Positions 55,948-64,000 of a DNA stretch of 64,000 nt are shown here, piece by piece. Each line of letters starts with the position of its first letter. Position 1 is the first letter of the stretch. The stretch comes from a virus (Duplodnaviria; Caudoviricetes): positions 8,546 to 72,545 of IMG/VR virus record IMGVR_UViG_3300013005_000037, one strand, 5' to 3'. Below the pieces are notes generated by a model. That model was not told where the DNA came from. It ran no database searches and worked only from the letters and a program-made list of their open reading frames with translations. The position numbers and the translations under genes were made by a program.

Positions 55948-56254
55948 TGTTGTTATTTTTAAGTTTTTGTATTTCATCGTATTCAGATTGAAGCAACCAA
56001 CCATCGCTAGTAAATTCAGTTCCAACCCAAACGTAATCTTGGTTATGTCTTTTCCTTTTTGATATTCCCGTAATTGGTGTTTCTACTCTAATGTCAATTA
56101 AATCTTTTGCACTTAAATTAGCAGTAGTATTTTCCTTTAATTGTTGCATCATTTGGTCGGCACTTAATCTATCGATTGCTTCCATTATTACTGGTTTGTC
56201 AACATTACGAAAAAAATATTTGTAAAATCGTATTTTACTCATAAGTGAAAACAA
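55931..56254 (-). CDS. hypothetical protein
   Basis: 107-aa ORF within the operon. Confidence 0.6.
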   Translation of the reverse strand: MFSLMSKIRFYKYFFRNVDKPVIMEAIDRLSADQMMQQLKENTTANLSAKDLIDIRVETPITGISKRKRHNQDYVWVGTEFTSDGWLLQSEYDEIQKLKNNNNENNL

Positions 56255-56378
56255 TTAAGAGAGTAATGTTTTTGGATATTTATCTAATTATTAACTTTTT
56301 ATAGCTAATAATAATTAATTTTGTCTTTAAGTTAATAAACACTTTATCCATAGTGTTGTTATTAAGGTTTCTTGGTTT

Positions 56379-56412
56379 AGGGTTGGGAGTTGTTACCCAA
56401 CCCTTTTTTTTT
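56379..56412. terminator. strong hairpin with a T-tract on the + strand
   Basis: AGGGTTGGG/CCCAACCCT stem; T-run faces the + strand, antisense to the genes. Confidence 0.55.
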
Positions 56413-56953
56413 ATAAATATTTGTTACTTATGTTATTTGCAAATTCATAATCGCATCTTATCTTATAAGCATCTTCCTCTGTTTTAGAACAACCTAAATA
56501 AATATTTTTTCCATTTATACATATAACTACTCTAAAAACTTTATCTTTTTTACTATAACTAACACCAATATATTTACTTGAAGATTTTATATTTAATTTA
56601 CTATGACAAATATTTTCTAAAGGAGATACCCATTCTAAATTAGTAAAAATATTATTTGATTTATCTGAATCAATATGATTGACTAAATTTTTACCATCAA
56701 TTTTATTAATAAAAGCATCGGCAACTAATCTATGTATTTTAACAGTCTTTTTAATTCCATTTTGACATAAAACAGCCATTAAATAACCATCTTTATCTTT
56801 ACCTAAAGATAATAGTCTTTCATTTACAAATCTTTGACTACCATATATAGCATTTACCAATCTTTTACAAGACTTAACATTACCATAATTAGATATTTGA
56901 TACAATCCTTCAAAATCTAAAATATCTTTCCATATTTCAGTATTATTTTCCAT
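56411..56953 (-). mobile_element. NUMOD4-HNH-AP2 homing endonuclease (paralogue of 55194)
   Basis: EIWKDILDFEGLYQISN; HRLVA..VNHIDSDKSNN; SKYIGV..IYLG. Confidence 0.88.
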
Positions 56954-56959
56954 AAATTT

Positions 56960-57289
56960 TTATTCGTATGGCAACCCATCAAATTCATCTACATCATCTA
57001 CAAATAATACATCCCCAACAATACAATCACTTGGATATATTGAATGATTTTCGTGAGCAATTTCAGTTGCTATCTCGTTAATATCAAGATTTTTTAATTT
57101 TCCTTCTTCGTCAATCAGAATAAAAGTTCCATCCATCATTACAATAATCTCTGCTGGAGAGTTGTATTGAGAGTTGCAAACTAATTCTCTTGCTTCAACA
57201 AAAGTTTTAATATTAACTTTTGATTTTTTCCCATCGGTGGTAATTAGAGTTACGTTCATTTTATTTGTTTTAGTAGTTCGTTGGTACAA
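56960..57289 (-). CDS. DUF3846-like phage protein
   Basis: LIDEEGKLKNL.IN..AT..IVGDVLF; the true start is probably the second Met. Confidence 0.65.
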   Translation of the reverse strand: MYQRTTKTNKMNVTLITTDGKKSKVNIKTFVEARELVCNSQYNSPAEIIVMMDGTFILIDEEGKLKNLDINEIATEIAHENHSIYPSDCIVGDVLFVDDVDEFDGLPYE

Positions 57290-57294
57290 ATATA
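57281..57294 (-). promoter_or_regulatory. early promoter TATATTTGTACCAA
   Basis: 14-nt element also present at 60378-60391 and 63926-63939; contains TAnnTTTG. Confidence 0.7.
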
Positions 57295-57335
57295 ATAAAA
57301 AAAGCTATCGGTACAACAAAAATTAATTATTTTTT

Positions 57336-57656
57336 TTATTCTCTTAAAAATACTCTAAAAAATGGGTCAACTTTTTTCTTTCTGTTTTTATATTCAGAAC
57401 CTCGTAAACTTTCATCGTGTTGTTGTATCTGCATACGCAACCTTCTTATAGTTTCAAAGTTAGTCATCTTTGAGCTGGATATTTTATTAAGTAAGTCATA
57501 GGCGGTTAAAGTGTCTATTGCTTCTTTACCTATCTCGTGAAAATAATAAGTAGCAATTAACTTCATATCATTATCTCGTAAAGCTGGGTTTGTAAGCAAA
57601 AGGAAGTGTACTTTGTCCTTTACAGTTTTGAAATCTTTAAATTCACTTGGTTTCAT
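57336..57656 (-). CDS. hypothetical protein
   Basis: 106-aa ORF. Confidence 0.6.
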   Translation of the reverse strand: MKPSEFKDFKTVKDKVHFLLLTNPALRDNDMKLIATYYFHEIGKEAIDTLTAYDLLNKISSSKMTNFETIRRLRMQIQQHDESLRGSEYKNRKKKVDPFFRVFLRE

Positions 57657-57658
57657 AT

Positions 57659-58087
57659 CTACATAATTTTCATTAATTCTGGATATTTTTTTTCTAGTCT
57701 TTCATATTCATAAAAAGCATTTACAAATTGATTTAGCGCAAAATTTAATTTCGTGCTATTTGAACATTTATCTTCGTCAATGTGGCAAAACTCTTTTGAT
57801 AAGTCTGCATTAAAATCAAAATCTTCAATTGGTTCTTCTTTACCATAAGAATATACAGTTTGAAGTGCTGACATAATTGTAAACTTCATATCGTTTTCGT
57901 GTTTTTCAAATAAAGATGGTTTTGCTTTGGTAAGTAAAACTCCAGTAAAAACAGATTTGTCAACTTCATTATTAATAATATTTAACGAATCTTCATCAAA
58001 TTGAGTATTCATTAAATTAAATTTAGAAAAATTAATTAATGTGTCCATAACCATTTGGTCTGCTGAATCTTTTGCTATACGTATCAT
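57659..58087 (-). CDS. hypothetical protein
   Basis: 142-aa ORF. Confidence 0.6.
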   Translation of the reverse strand: MIRIAKDSADQMVMDTLINFSKFNLMNTQFDEDSLNIINNEVDKSVFTGVLLTKAKPSLFEKHENDMKFTIMSALQTVYSYGKEEPIEDFDFNADLSKEFCHIDEDKCSNSTKLNFALNQFVNAFYEYERLEKKYPELMKIM

Positions 58088-58404
58088 AATCTTTTGACTT
58101 TATAAATAAAAGGTTTGTTTTCTGTACCTAAATTTACTTGCAATATTGCACTATAAATTTCTCTCATTTTCTCCCTACTATCTGCAACCGAAACTCCATT
58201 GAAGTACCAGTTAAAATCATCATTGATAATAACTCCAAACTTATAAAAGTTTCCGCTTGGATTTTTTTGGTATTGGGTAGTTTCGTTAAGAATGTTAATC
58301 TCCATACCTAACTCTGTAAAGCTAGATATTTCATACGACTTTTTACTTTCGTAATCGGTAAACGGTGTTGTCTTTAAGTTCATTTTTCTTGGTTTATTAT
58401 ACAA
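58084..58404 (-). CDS. hypothetical protein
   Basis: Likely starts at the second Met; the -7 element overlaps the annotated start. Confidence 0.55.
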   Translation of the reverse strand: MYNKPRKMNLKTTPFTDYESKKSYEISSFTELGMEINILNETTQYQKNPSGNFYKFGVIINDDFNWYFNGVSVADSREKMREIYSAILQVNLGTENKPFIYKVKRL

Positions 58405-58409
58405 ATATA
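58402..58409 (-). promoter_or_regulatory. Bacteroidota-type -7 element (TATATTTG)
   Basis: Consensus match at the head of a gene group. Confidence 0.55.
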
Positions 58410-58477
58410 AATAAAAAATATTATATAAAATATAAATATTATATAAAATAACAAAATATTTTAATAAAAAGAAATAG

Positions 58478-59188
58478 TTAAATCAGTTGCTTGAACATCA
58501 TTTCCCTTTCCTCGAAGTAGTTATGCACAATTGTTCTGTTTTCTGGGGTATCTCGGTAATAAATGCAGTCTGTTTTCCAACTTTCAAAATCATCTTTAAG
58601 TATTTGCGATAACTCGTACATCATATAATAACAAGAGTATCTAATATCAACATATACTTTTTGCAAGGTAGCATCAGATTTTTTTGCTACAATTTGTTCT
58701 ACAAATTCTCCATTAACATACCTATCAAACTTTTTACCATTACCTAATTTTGAAAGCGAAGCAAGGCGTATGGCTTTGCCAGAAGTGGGCAAACCTTTAG
58801 TGTATGTTTTTTTGGTAATGTATCCTTTAACGTATGCTATTCTCCAAAATGCGTGGTCTAAATCAGTTGCAGTTATAGTGCCAATTTCATCATTATAATT
58901 ATAGTTAAATTCAATAGTATTTACTTTAGGCGGAATATCAATATATGGGTTAATTTTTAAAAAATTTTTAACATCAATCAACACCATATTAAATAGGCAA
59001 AGTAATTTATTGTCAAAGTTTTTGTTTTCAGTTGAAAACACATTATGCACGTTATCAAAAATAAGTTCATTACATTCACTTCCAAATCTAATTAAGAAAT
59101 TTCCTTTTCCTACAACTAGTTTTTTGTATAATCTATCGACCTTTGTTTTTGAGTAAATTCTTGTTGGTTTTTCTTCTTGGTTATCCAT
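58478..59188 (-). CDS. minimal family-B-polymerase-like palm protein
   Basis: Motif A-like ATDLDHAFW, motif B-like KAIRLASLSKLG and motif C-like WKTDCIYY in order; only 236 aa. Confidence 0.5.
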   Translation of the reverse strand: MDNQEEKPTRIYSKTKVDRLYKKLVVGKGNFLIRFGSECNELIFDNVHNVFSTENKNFDNKLLCLFNMVLIDVKNFLKINPYIDIPPKVNTIEFNYNYNDEIGTITATDLDHAFWRIAYVKGYITKKTYTKGLPTSGKAIRLASLSKLGNGKKFDRYVNGEFVEQIVAKKSDATLQKVYVDIRYSCYYMMYELSQILKDDFESWKTDCIYYRDTPENRTIVHNYFEEREMMFKQLI

Positions 59189-59190
59189 AA

Positions 59191-60057
59191 TTATATTTTA
59201 CCACCTAATTTTAGTTTAGCTTTTAATTCTTTCATATTAGCAGTGAACAATTCTTTGCTAATTAGTTTTTTCGCATATAGGTTTTGTAAATTTTTTAAAG
59301 TTTCTTCAATCTCTAATTTTTGTGCTTCGTCTTGCCCTTCTACTTTGCTTGGTCGAACTCTTTCTGCGGATTTCTTCTTGGCTACTCTTAAATCTATAAT
59401 TTCTTGCCTTTTTTGAACTTTTATCGCCCTATCCTTTCGCACATCTTCTGGCAAATCACTTTCGGTTACAACCTTTAAGACTTCATCCATTGAAGTTTCA
59501 CTATCTAAAGGAGAACCCATTAAAGTAGCCAACACATAATAAGAACAAGGTTTCCCATCGTCAGTTTTATTTGGCGCAACCAGAATTTTAAAAATAATGT
59601 TATCGTCAGAGCTAAAACCATTCCTACGCATATCTTCTACGGTATCATTTATGTTAAGCAATTCATACTTTTTTACTACTCCAGTATCTATAATACTTCC
59701 AATAGCTATTCTAATATTTAGATTACTATCAAAAAAACTAATTTGGTCGCCCAACATCCACCAGTTAATATCTTTCAAATCCTTTGTAGGAATATTAAAT
59801 GGGTCAAAACAAATTGTTGTCTTTGGTGTAGGTACGGTAGTAGGCGTTTGAGTTCCATCTAATATAGAAATAATAACAGAATCAACTTCGGTTACTTTAA
59901 TTTTTGATAACGGTTTACCTTTGTATAACTGAAACAAATTAGCGGATGTCCATTTTTGAGCATCTCTCCATTTCCAGCCTAACTTACGTTTTTTAGATAG
60001 CTTATAAACCCTTTTTGCTAAAATGGCAAATATGCGTAACGAATAATTTTTTTTCAT
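59191..60057 (-). CDS. hypothetical protein ending in LKLGGKI
   Basis: 288-aa ORF; basic N-terminus. Confidence 0.65.
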   Translation of the reverse strand: MKKNYSLRIFAILAKRVYKLSKKRKLGWKWRDAQKWTSANLFQLYKGKPLSKIKVTEVDSVIISILDGTQTPTTVPTPKTTICFDPFNIPTKDLKDINWWMLGDQISFFDSNLNIRIAIGSIIDTGVVKKYELLNINDTVEDMRRNGFSSDDNIIFKILVAPNKTDDGKPCSYYVLATLMGSPLDSETSMDEVLKVVTESDLPEDVRKDRAIKVQKRQEIIDLRVAKKKSAERVRPSKVEGQDEAQKLEIEETLKNLQNLYAKKLISKELFTANMKELKAKLKLGGKI

Positions 60058-60062
60058 CGGAT

Positions 60063-60344
60063 TTACCCTTGATATTTTCTATACTTTTTTATAGTCGATA
60101 AGCCTAATCCAAAATGTTCTGTTGCTTTTACACTAGTATTGCTTTGGCAAAATTCAGCAATTTGGATTTTAACTTCTTTAGATACTGGGTATATCTTCAT
60201 TCCAATATCGGTCATATCATTATCCTTACAATGATAGTTAACAGTTCCTCTGGAGCAATTTAGTTCTTTTTGAATAGCACGATAAGATTTTCCTTGCGCT
60301 CTTAATGTCAATACTTGATTTTTTAAATGTCTTGGCTTTGCCAT
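60063..60344 (-). CDS. tandem HTH DNA-binding protein
   Basis: GKSYRAIQKELNCSRGTVNYH; KATEHFGLGLSTIKKY. Confidence 0.7.
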   Translation of the reverse strand: MAKPRHLKNQVLTLRAQGKSYRAIQKELNCSRGTVNYHCKDNDMTDIGMKIYPVSKEVKIQIAEFCQSNTSVKATEHFGLGLSTIKKYRKYQG

Positions 60345-60377
60345 AATTAAATTTTATTTAAGTTGTTATATGGGTTG

Positions 60378-60391
60378 TTGGTACAAATATA
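60378..60391 (-). promoter_or_regulatory. early promoter TATATTTGTACCAA
   Basis: Second identical copy. Confidence 0.7.
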
Positions 60392-60403
60392 CAAATAAAT
60401 GGT

Positions 60404-60425
60404 AAAAAAAAGGACTTTCGCCCTT
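60404..60425 (-). terminator. intrinsic terminator with a GAAA tetraloop
   Basis: On the - strand: AGGGC-GAAA-GTCCT followed by T7. Confidence 0.75.
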
Positions 60426-60451
60426 AATTTTACAAAGTATTTATGTTTTTA

Positions 60452-60736
60452 TTAATTCATAAAAATATTATTACGTAACTCAAAAAAACCTTTAGGAGCA
60501 ATAGGTGGAGTTTGAAATGTATAATCAATTCCAGATGGTATTGTTGGATTGTCTAACATATCCCTAAAAATATTTGTGCCAGAAGTTGTTTCTGTTTCTG
60601 GTGTAACCGTATCCGTTTGGCTTTCTGCAACGTTTGAATTTTTATTTCTTAAAGTTGTATAAATAAAGTAACCTAGTGAGCCAACTAAAAAAGCTACTCC
60701 ACCGTAAACTAAATATTTCTTATTTTCTGCTTTCAT
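60452..60736 (-). CDS. N-anchored membrane protein
   Basis: TM YLVYGGVAFLVGSLGYFIY. Confidence 0.7.
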   Translation of the reverse strand: MKAENKKYLVYGGVAFLVGSLGYFIYTTLRNKNSNVAESQTDTVTPETETTSGTNIFRDMLDNPTIPSGIDYTFQTPPIAPKGFFELRNNIFMN

Positions 60737-60763
60737 TTTTTTTTTATATTTATAATAATTATT

Positions 60764-61609
60764 TTAAATTGAATATATGTCTTGATTCATATTGAAAAGT
60801 TCTCTGTCCACATTACTAAATTCTTGTTGATAAGAATTTTGAATTACTGGCATAACATAATTTGGTTCTTTTGTAAAAACACTTGGATTTGTAACTTCAA
60901 TTGAAATAGGGTCAATGTCATACAATCGTCTTGGCTCTATTATAGGTTCAACAATAACATCAACTGGTTGTGAATAGATTGGTTTACTCGGCATTACATA
61001 ATCATATATTTGCTCAAAAATGTTTGGCATTGCTGGTGCAATATAATTTGGTTCTTTTGTAAAAACACTTGGATTTGTAACTTCAATTGAAATAGGGTCT
61101 ATAATACTCGGCATTGGAAATCTTATAGGCTCAATAATGTCATCAATAGGTTGAGGTGGAGCTGGATATTGAGGAAATCCTCCTATTTGCCCTTTATATG
61201 GGTCATCGTTAATAGGTAATCTTGGCTCTTTAATAGGCTCAATAATGTCATTAATAGGTTGACTAGGTTGTGGACTTTCTTTAACTGGTTCTGGCGTTGT
61301 ACTTACACCACCTTGTTGTATAGCAACTTCTGTCGGTATTCCAGTTCCAGCAGTTAGTATTGGTAAATCCATTCCAGTAGGTAATCCTAATCCAAAAACT
61401 TGTTCTGGTTCGTTTGATTGTGGTGGCGTTGGAAAAGAAGTAACTTGACTTGTTCCAGCAGTTGCTCCTCCAGTTGTAGCACCTCCAGTAGTAGGTATTG
61501 TGCTTACATTAGGTTTAGCAATACTTATTGTTTTAACCTTTCTGTTTTTTAAAAAGTATAGTAATGCAATCGCACCTCCTCCGATTATGATAACGTTTGT
61601 AGCTTTCAT
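60764..61609 (-). CDS. N-anchored Pro/Thr-rich protein with internal repeats
   Basis: TM VIIIGGGAIALLYFL; IDPISIEVTNPSVFTKEPNY twice; QPI.DIIEPI twice. Confidence 0.72.
   Translation of the reverse strand: MKATNVIIIGGGAIALLYFLKNRKVKTISIAKPNVSTIPTTGGATTGGATAGTSQVTSFPTPPQSNEPEQVFGLGLPTGMDLPILTAGTGIPTEVAIQQGGVSTTPEPVKESPQPSQPINDIIEPIKEPRLPINDDPYKGQIGGFPQYPAPPQPIDDIIEPIRFPMPSIIDPISIEVTNPSVFTKEPNYIAPAMPNIFEQIYDYVMPSKPIYSQPVDVIVEPIIEPRRLYDIDPISIEVTNPSVFTKEPNYVMPVIQNSYQQEFSNVDRELFNMNQDIYSI
60857..61099. repeat. 57-bp direct repeat (60857-60913 and 61043-61099)
   Basis: ATAATTTGGTTCTTTTGTAAAAACACTTGGATTTGTAACTTCAATTGAAATAGGGTC occurs twice. Confidence 0.85.
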
Positions 61610-61737
61610 AGTGTTTTTGTTTAAAAAAAAATATCTGTAAATATACGTTTATATAATAAAAATATTTTTAAATAATATAAAATAAACTGAATAATGGTCA
61701 TAATAAGTATTTCAAATTACTATTTTCGTGATAATGG

Positions 61738-61950
61738 TTACTTCAAAAATATTAATTTTTCATTAATTCCTTGCCTAACAATTATAAATTTTTCATCGTA
61801 TATTTTTTTTAGAATTTTATTTATTTCTTCTGAATTTAGATTAAATTTTCTCATTAAATGTACAATAGAAGTACCGCACTTATTTTCGCTTAAATTTTGC
61901 CTTTGTAAAATTTCTTGCTTTAACGTTTCAATTAATTCAAATTCCTCCAT
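61738..61950 (-). CDS. small winged-helix-like protein
   Basis: IVHLMRKFNL.SEEINKILKKI....I.VRQGIN. Confidence 0.5.
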   Translation of the reverse strand: MEEFELIETLKQEILQRQNLSENKCGTSIVHLMRKFNLNSEEINKILKKIYDEKFIIVRQGINEKLIFLK

Positions 61951-62710
61951 TAGTTTCTAAATATCTTTGATTTTGCATTGGATTATTATTCCAACTCACT
62001 AGGTCAGCATCGCCAGTATATTTTTGCTTAATTTGTAATAACGCACTATGTTCACTATGGATTGTATTCTGCAACCAGTCTAAAACCTCACTTTCCTTTT
62101 TTTCTACAAAAAAATCGTGGTCACTAGGGAAGCATACTGACTGCACCTTAATACCAGCATCTTCATACTTTTTAAAAATGTTCTGTCTTTGGGTCATCGC
62201 ATCAGTAATAGGCATAGGCTCTACTTGTTCAAAAATTACATTAAATCTATTGAAGTCTATTTCTTGTTTAGGTTCTTCTTTTGGAATGATGATTTCATAA
62301 CCAAAGTATCTACCTTTAATAGCATTATATCCATCAAACGGAACTATATTGACAAACTCACAACTTGGATTATTCACAAACCATTCTAAAAAATCATCAT
62401 CAATACTTTGAACTCCATTTTTGATTAAATCTTGGTCTGTTGTTAGGATGATTTTTTTAAATCCTCTTTCTATCATCCAATTTTCTTCTCTGTTTTTACA
62501 TATTTCTAAAAGGTTAGGTAAATTAGGTTGATAACACCAATCTCCTTCTTTAATTTCTTCATCATTAGTGATGTAGATGTTTGTACTAACATTATTTCCA
62601 AAAAATGTATAGCTTTTTGGTATCTCTACTAATAATAACCCTTTTCCATTTTTTACTAACCTACTTGGTTTATCTGTTGATAATACGTGTATGTTTTTAC
62701 TTACTTTCAT
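61937..62710 (-). CDS. hypothetical Bacteroidota-phage protein
   Basis: KNIHVLSTDKPSRL; NIYITNDEEIKEGDW; KKIILTTDQDLI; likely start at 62710. Confidence 0.65.
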   Translation of the reverse strand: MKVSKNIHVLSTDKPSRLVKNGKGLLLVEIPKSYTFFGNNVSTNIYITNDEEIKEGDWCYQPNLPNLLEICKNREENWMIERGFKKIILTTDQDLIKNGVQSIDDDFLEWFVNNPSCEFVNIVPFDGYNAIKGRYFGYEIIIPKEEPKQEIDFNRFNVIFEQVEPMPITDAMTQRQNIFKKYEDAGIKVQSVCFPSDHDFFVEKKESEVLDWLQNTIHSEHSALLQIKQKYTGDADLVSWNNNPMQNQRYLETNGGI

Positions 62711-62981
62711 TTTCTTTATATTTTTCAATGATTAATAAACAACTATCTCCCACCTTCCATTTTCCTTCATATTCAAAAGGAATTTGCACTTGTCTAGTTG
62801 TAGTAGCAGTTTGTACCCAAATCATAGGATAATCACTTATACAACCTCTACAATGTCTTTCTACCCCACCTTTAATAGCAGAAACTTTACCATCAATTAT
62901 TTCTTGACCAATATGAGTGTATTTAGGAGTTTCACAAGAAATAAATATTAATAATAGTACTAATACGTGTATGTTTTTCAT
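62697..62981 (-). CDS. putative lipoprotein
   Basis: MKNIHVLVLLLIFISC (signal peptidase II-type lipobox) from the ATG at 62981. Confidence 0.6.
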   Translation of the reverse strand: MKNIHVLVLLLIFISCETPKYTHIGQEIIDGKVSAIKGGVERHCRGCISDYPMIWVQTATTTRQVQIPFEYEGKWKVGDSCLLIIEKYKENESK

Positions 62982-63072
62982 TTTTTCTGTCCTTTTTGAA
63001 TTAAATAATACCACAAGTCAATTACGTTTTTTCTTATAACTTCGTACAATAGCCAAAATAAAATATACTTCA

Positions 63073-63681
63073 TCATACGTTTTTTATTAAATCCTTATTT
63101 AATCTTAATTTATAATGCTCTATTGATATTGCACTACCTATATCGTAACCTCCATTTTGCCCAAAACCCCTATCAAACATTCCGTTTTCAAGCATAACAC
63201 AAGCAATTCCATTCTGACAAGATTTTACAACCATACCAGAAGGTTTTAATCCTTTTGCTACTTCAAGTTGTAATTGTCTTAATTCATATTCGTTTAATAT
63301 ACACCTACCTACTCTAAATTTAGGTGCTTTTATTCTTGTTATCATAACTTTTTCTTGTGTCATTTTAATTAACCCCTTATCAAATAATTCTTTTTTATAC
63401 TCTCGATGCTCTTTTGTTGTTATAGCGTGAGCTTCTTTGTTATAATATATCATAGACCCACCTCTTTTTTTTCTCCATTCCAACATTGTTATTAAAGTTT
63501 CTGGTTTGCAGATAAAAATTATAGTCCTTTTAGAAACGTTAAACCTATTGGCTAACTTTTGATATGAAATACCATCTTCTTCTCGTAAATAGGCAATTAA
63601 GTCTTTATCGTCTTTGGTTAACTTAACCCTCCTATCCAGCAATTCGTTGTTGATAGGTATGTTATCGGATTTTCTTGGCAT
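63073..63681 (-). CDS. HTH-containing protein, possibly a fusion of two genes
   Basis: GISYQKLANRFNVSKRTIIFI; internal Met at MTQEK. Confidence 0.6.
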   Translation of the reverse strand: MPRKSDNIPINNELLDRRVKLTKDDKDLIAYLREEDGISYQKLANRFNVSKRTIIFICKPETLITMLEWRKKRGGSMIYYNKEAHAITTKEHREYKKELFDKGLIKMTQEKVMITRIKAPKFRVGRCILNEYELRQLQLEVAKGLKPSGMVVKSCQNGIACVMLENGMFDRGFGQNGGYDIGSAISIEHYKLRLNKDLIKNV

Positions 63682-63685
63682 AATT

Positions 63686-63886
63686 TTATTTTTTACTTGG
63701 AAAGTAAACCACCAAATTATTTAAATCAAGTTTAAAAACATCTCTTAAAAGAGTACTATCTAAATAAGTAAGACTTGTAAAATCTTTATCCAAAACGTAA
63801 TTCATAACTCTTATTCTTAAAGGGTCAGTAAGTGCGTTAAATTTTTTCATTACTTCATCCGAAGCTAATTCTCGTAGTGTTCCCAT
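63686..63886 (-). CDS. hypothetical protein
   Basis: 66-aa ORF directly behind the early promoter. Confidence 0.55.
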   Translation of the reverse strand: MGTLRELASDEVMKKFNALTDPLRIRVMNYVLDKDFTSLTYLDSTLLRDVFKLDLNNLVVYFPSKK

Positions 63887-63925
63887 ACCCTTGTTTTTTT
63901 AATATTAATTAATATTAGCAGTTCA

Positions 63926-63939
63926 TTGGTACAAATATA
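63926..63939 (-). promoter_or_regulatory. early promoter TATATTTGTACCAA
   Basis: Third identical copy. Confidence 0.7.
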
Positions 63940-64000
63940 TTAAAGTGTTTTGGTTTGACAAAATATAATTGCATTTAATTTTAGTTAAAATTTAGTTAAA

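Noticed and set aside
38741-62832. Further overlapping ORFs (38741, 44772, 49528, 50080, 54630, 54701, 59177, 59597, 61694, 62189, 62605)
   Set aside because: They are shadows of real genes; the 5' extensions of 50386, 52004, 55768, 61937 and 62697 were also trimmed to better starts
1-64000. Eukaryotic giant virus (NCLDV) or bacterial chromosome origin
   Set aside because: Bacteroidota promoters, Rho-independent terminators, peptidoglycan enzymes, ArdA and RecT indicate a bacterial virus; there are no housekeeping operons, rRNA or tRNA

Overview
AT-rich, densely packed viral DNA with no rRNA, tRNA or CRISPR recognised. The host is most likely a Bacteroidota/Flavobacterium-like bacterium: TAnnTTTG promoters precede the operons, and the window has intrinsic terminators, peptidoglycan hydrolases and a CarboxypepD_reg-like domain. 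The + strand (1-53.3 kb) carries, in order: GT2 and GT4 glycosyltransferases; large polyvalent proteins (ART-PolyVal-like, beta-clamp-like and ArdA domains) punctuated by about 20 [FYML]xxGG motifs; a MoxR AAA+/vWA-like module; more than 40 small single-pass membrane proteins; an SLT and a membrane-anchored GH108; an A32/FtsK-HerA-type packaging ATPase; a lysis cassette; a candidate single-jelly-roll major capsid protein with a paralogue; three mosaic 14-residue-repeat fibres; a sulfotransferase/APS kinase/GT9 module; an LRAT-like enzyme; and an NHL propeller spike. The - strand (53.3-64 kb) is an early/recombination block with RecT, a PD-(D/E)xK exonuclease, NUMOD4-HNH endonucleases, a minimal PolB-like palm and HTH proteins. 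No terminase, portal, HK97 capsid or tail gene is recognisable. The best reading is a large, tailless, internal-membrane (Varidnaviria-like) bacterial virus with a motif-delimited polyprotein payload. All family assignments are from motif recognition by eye, not database searches.
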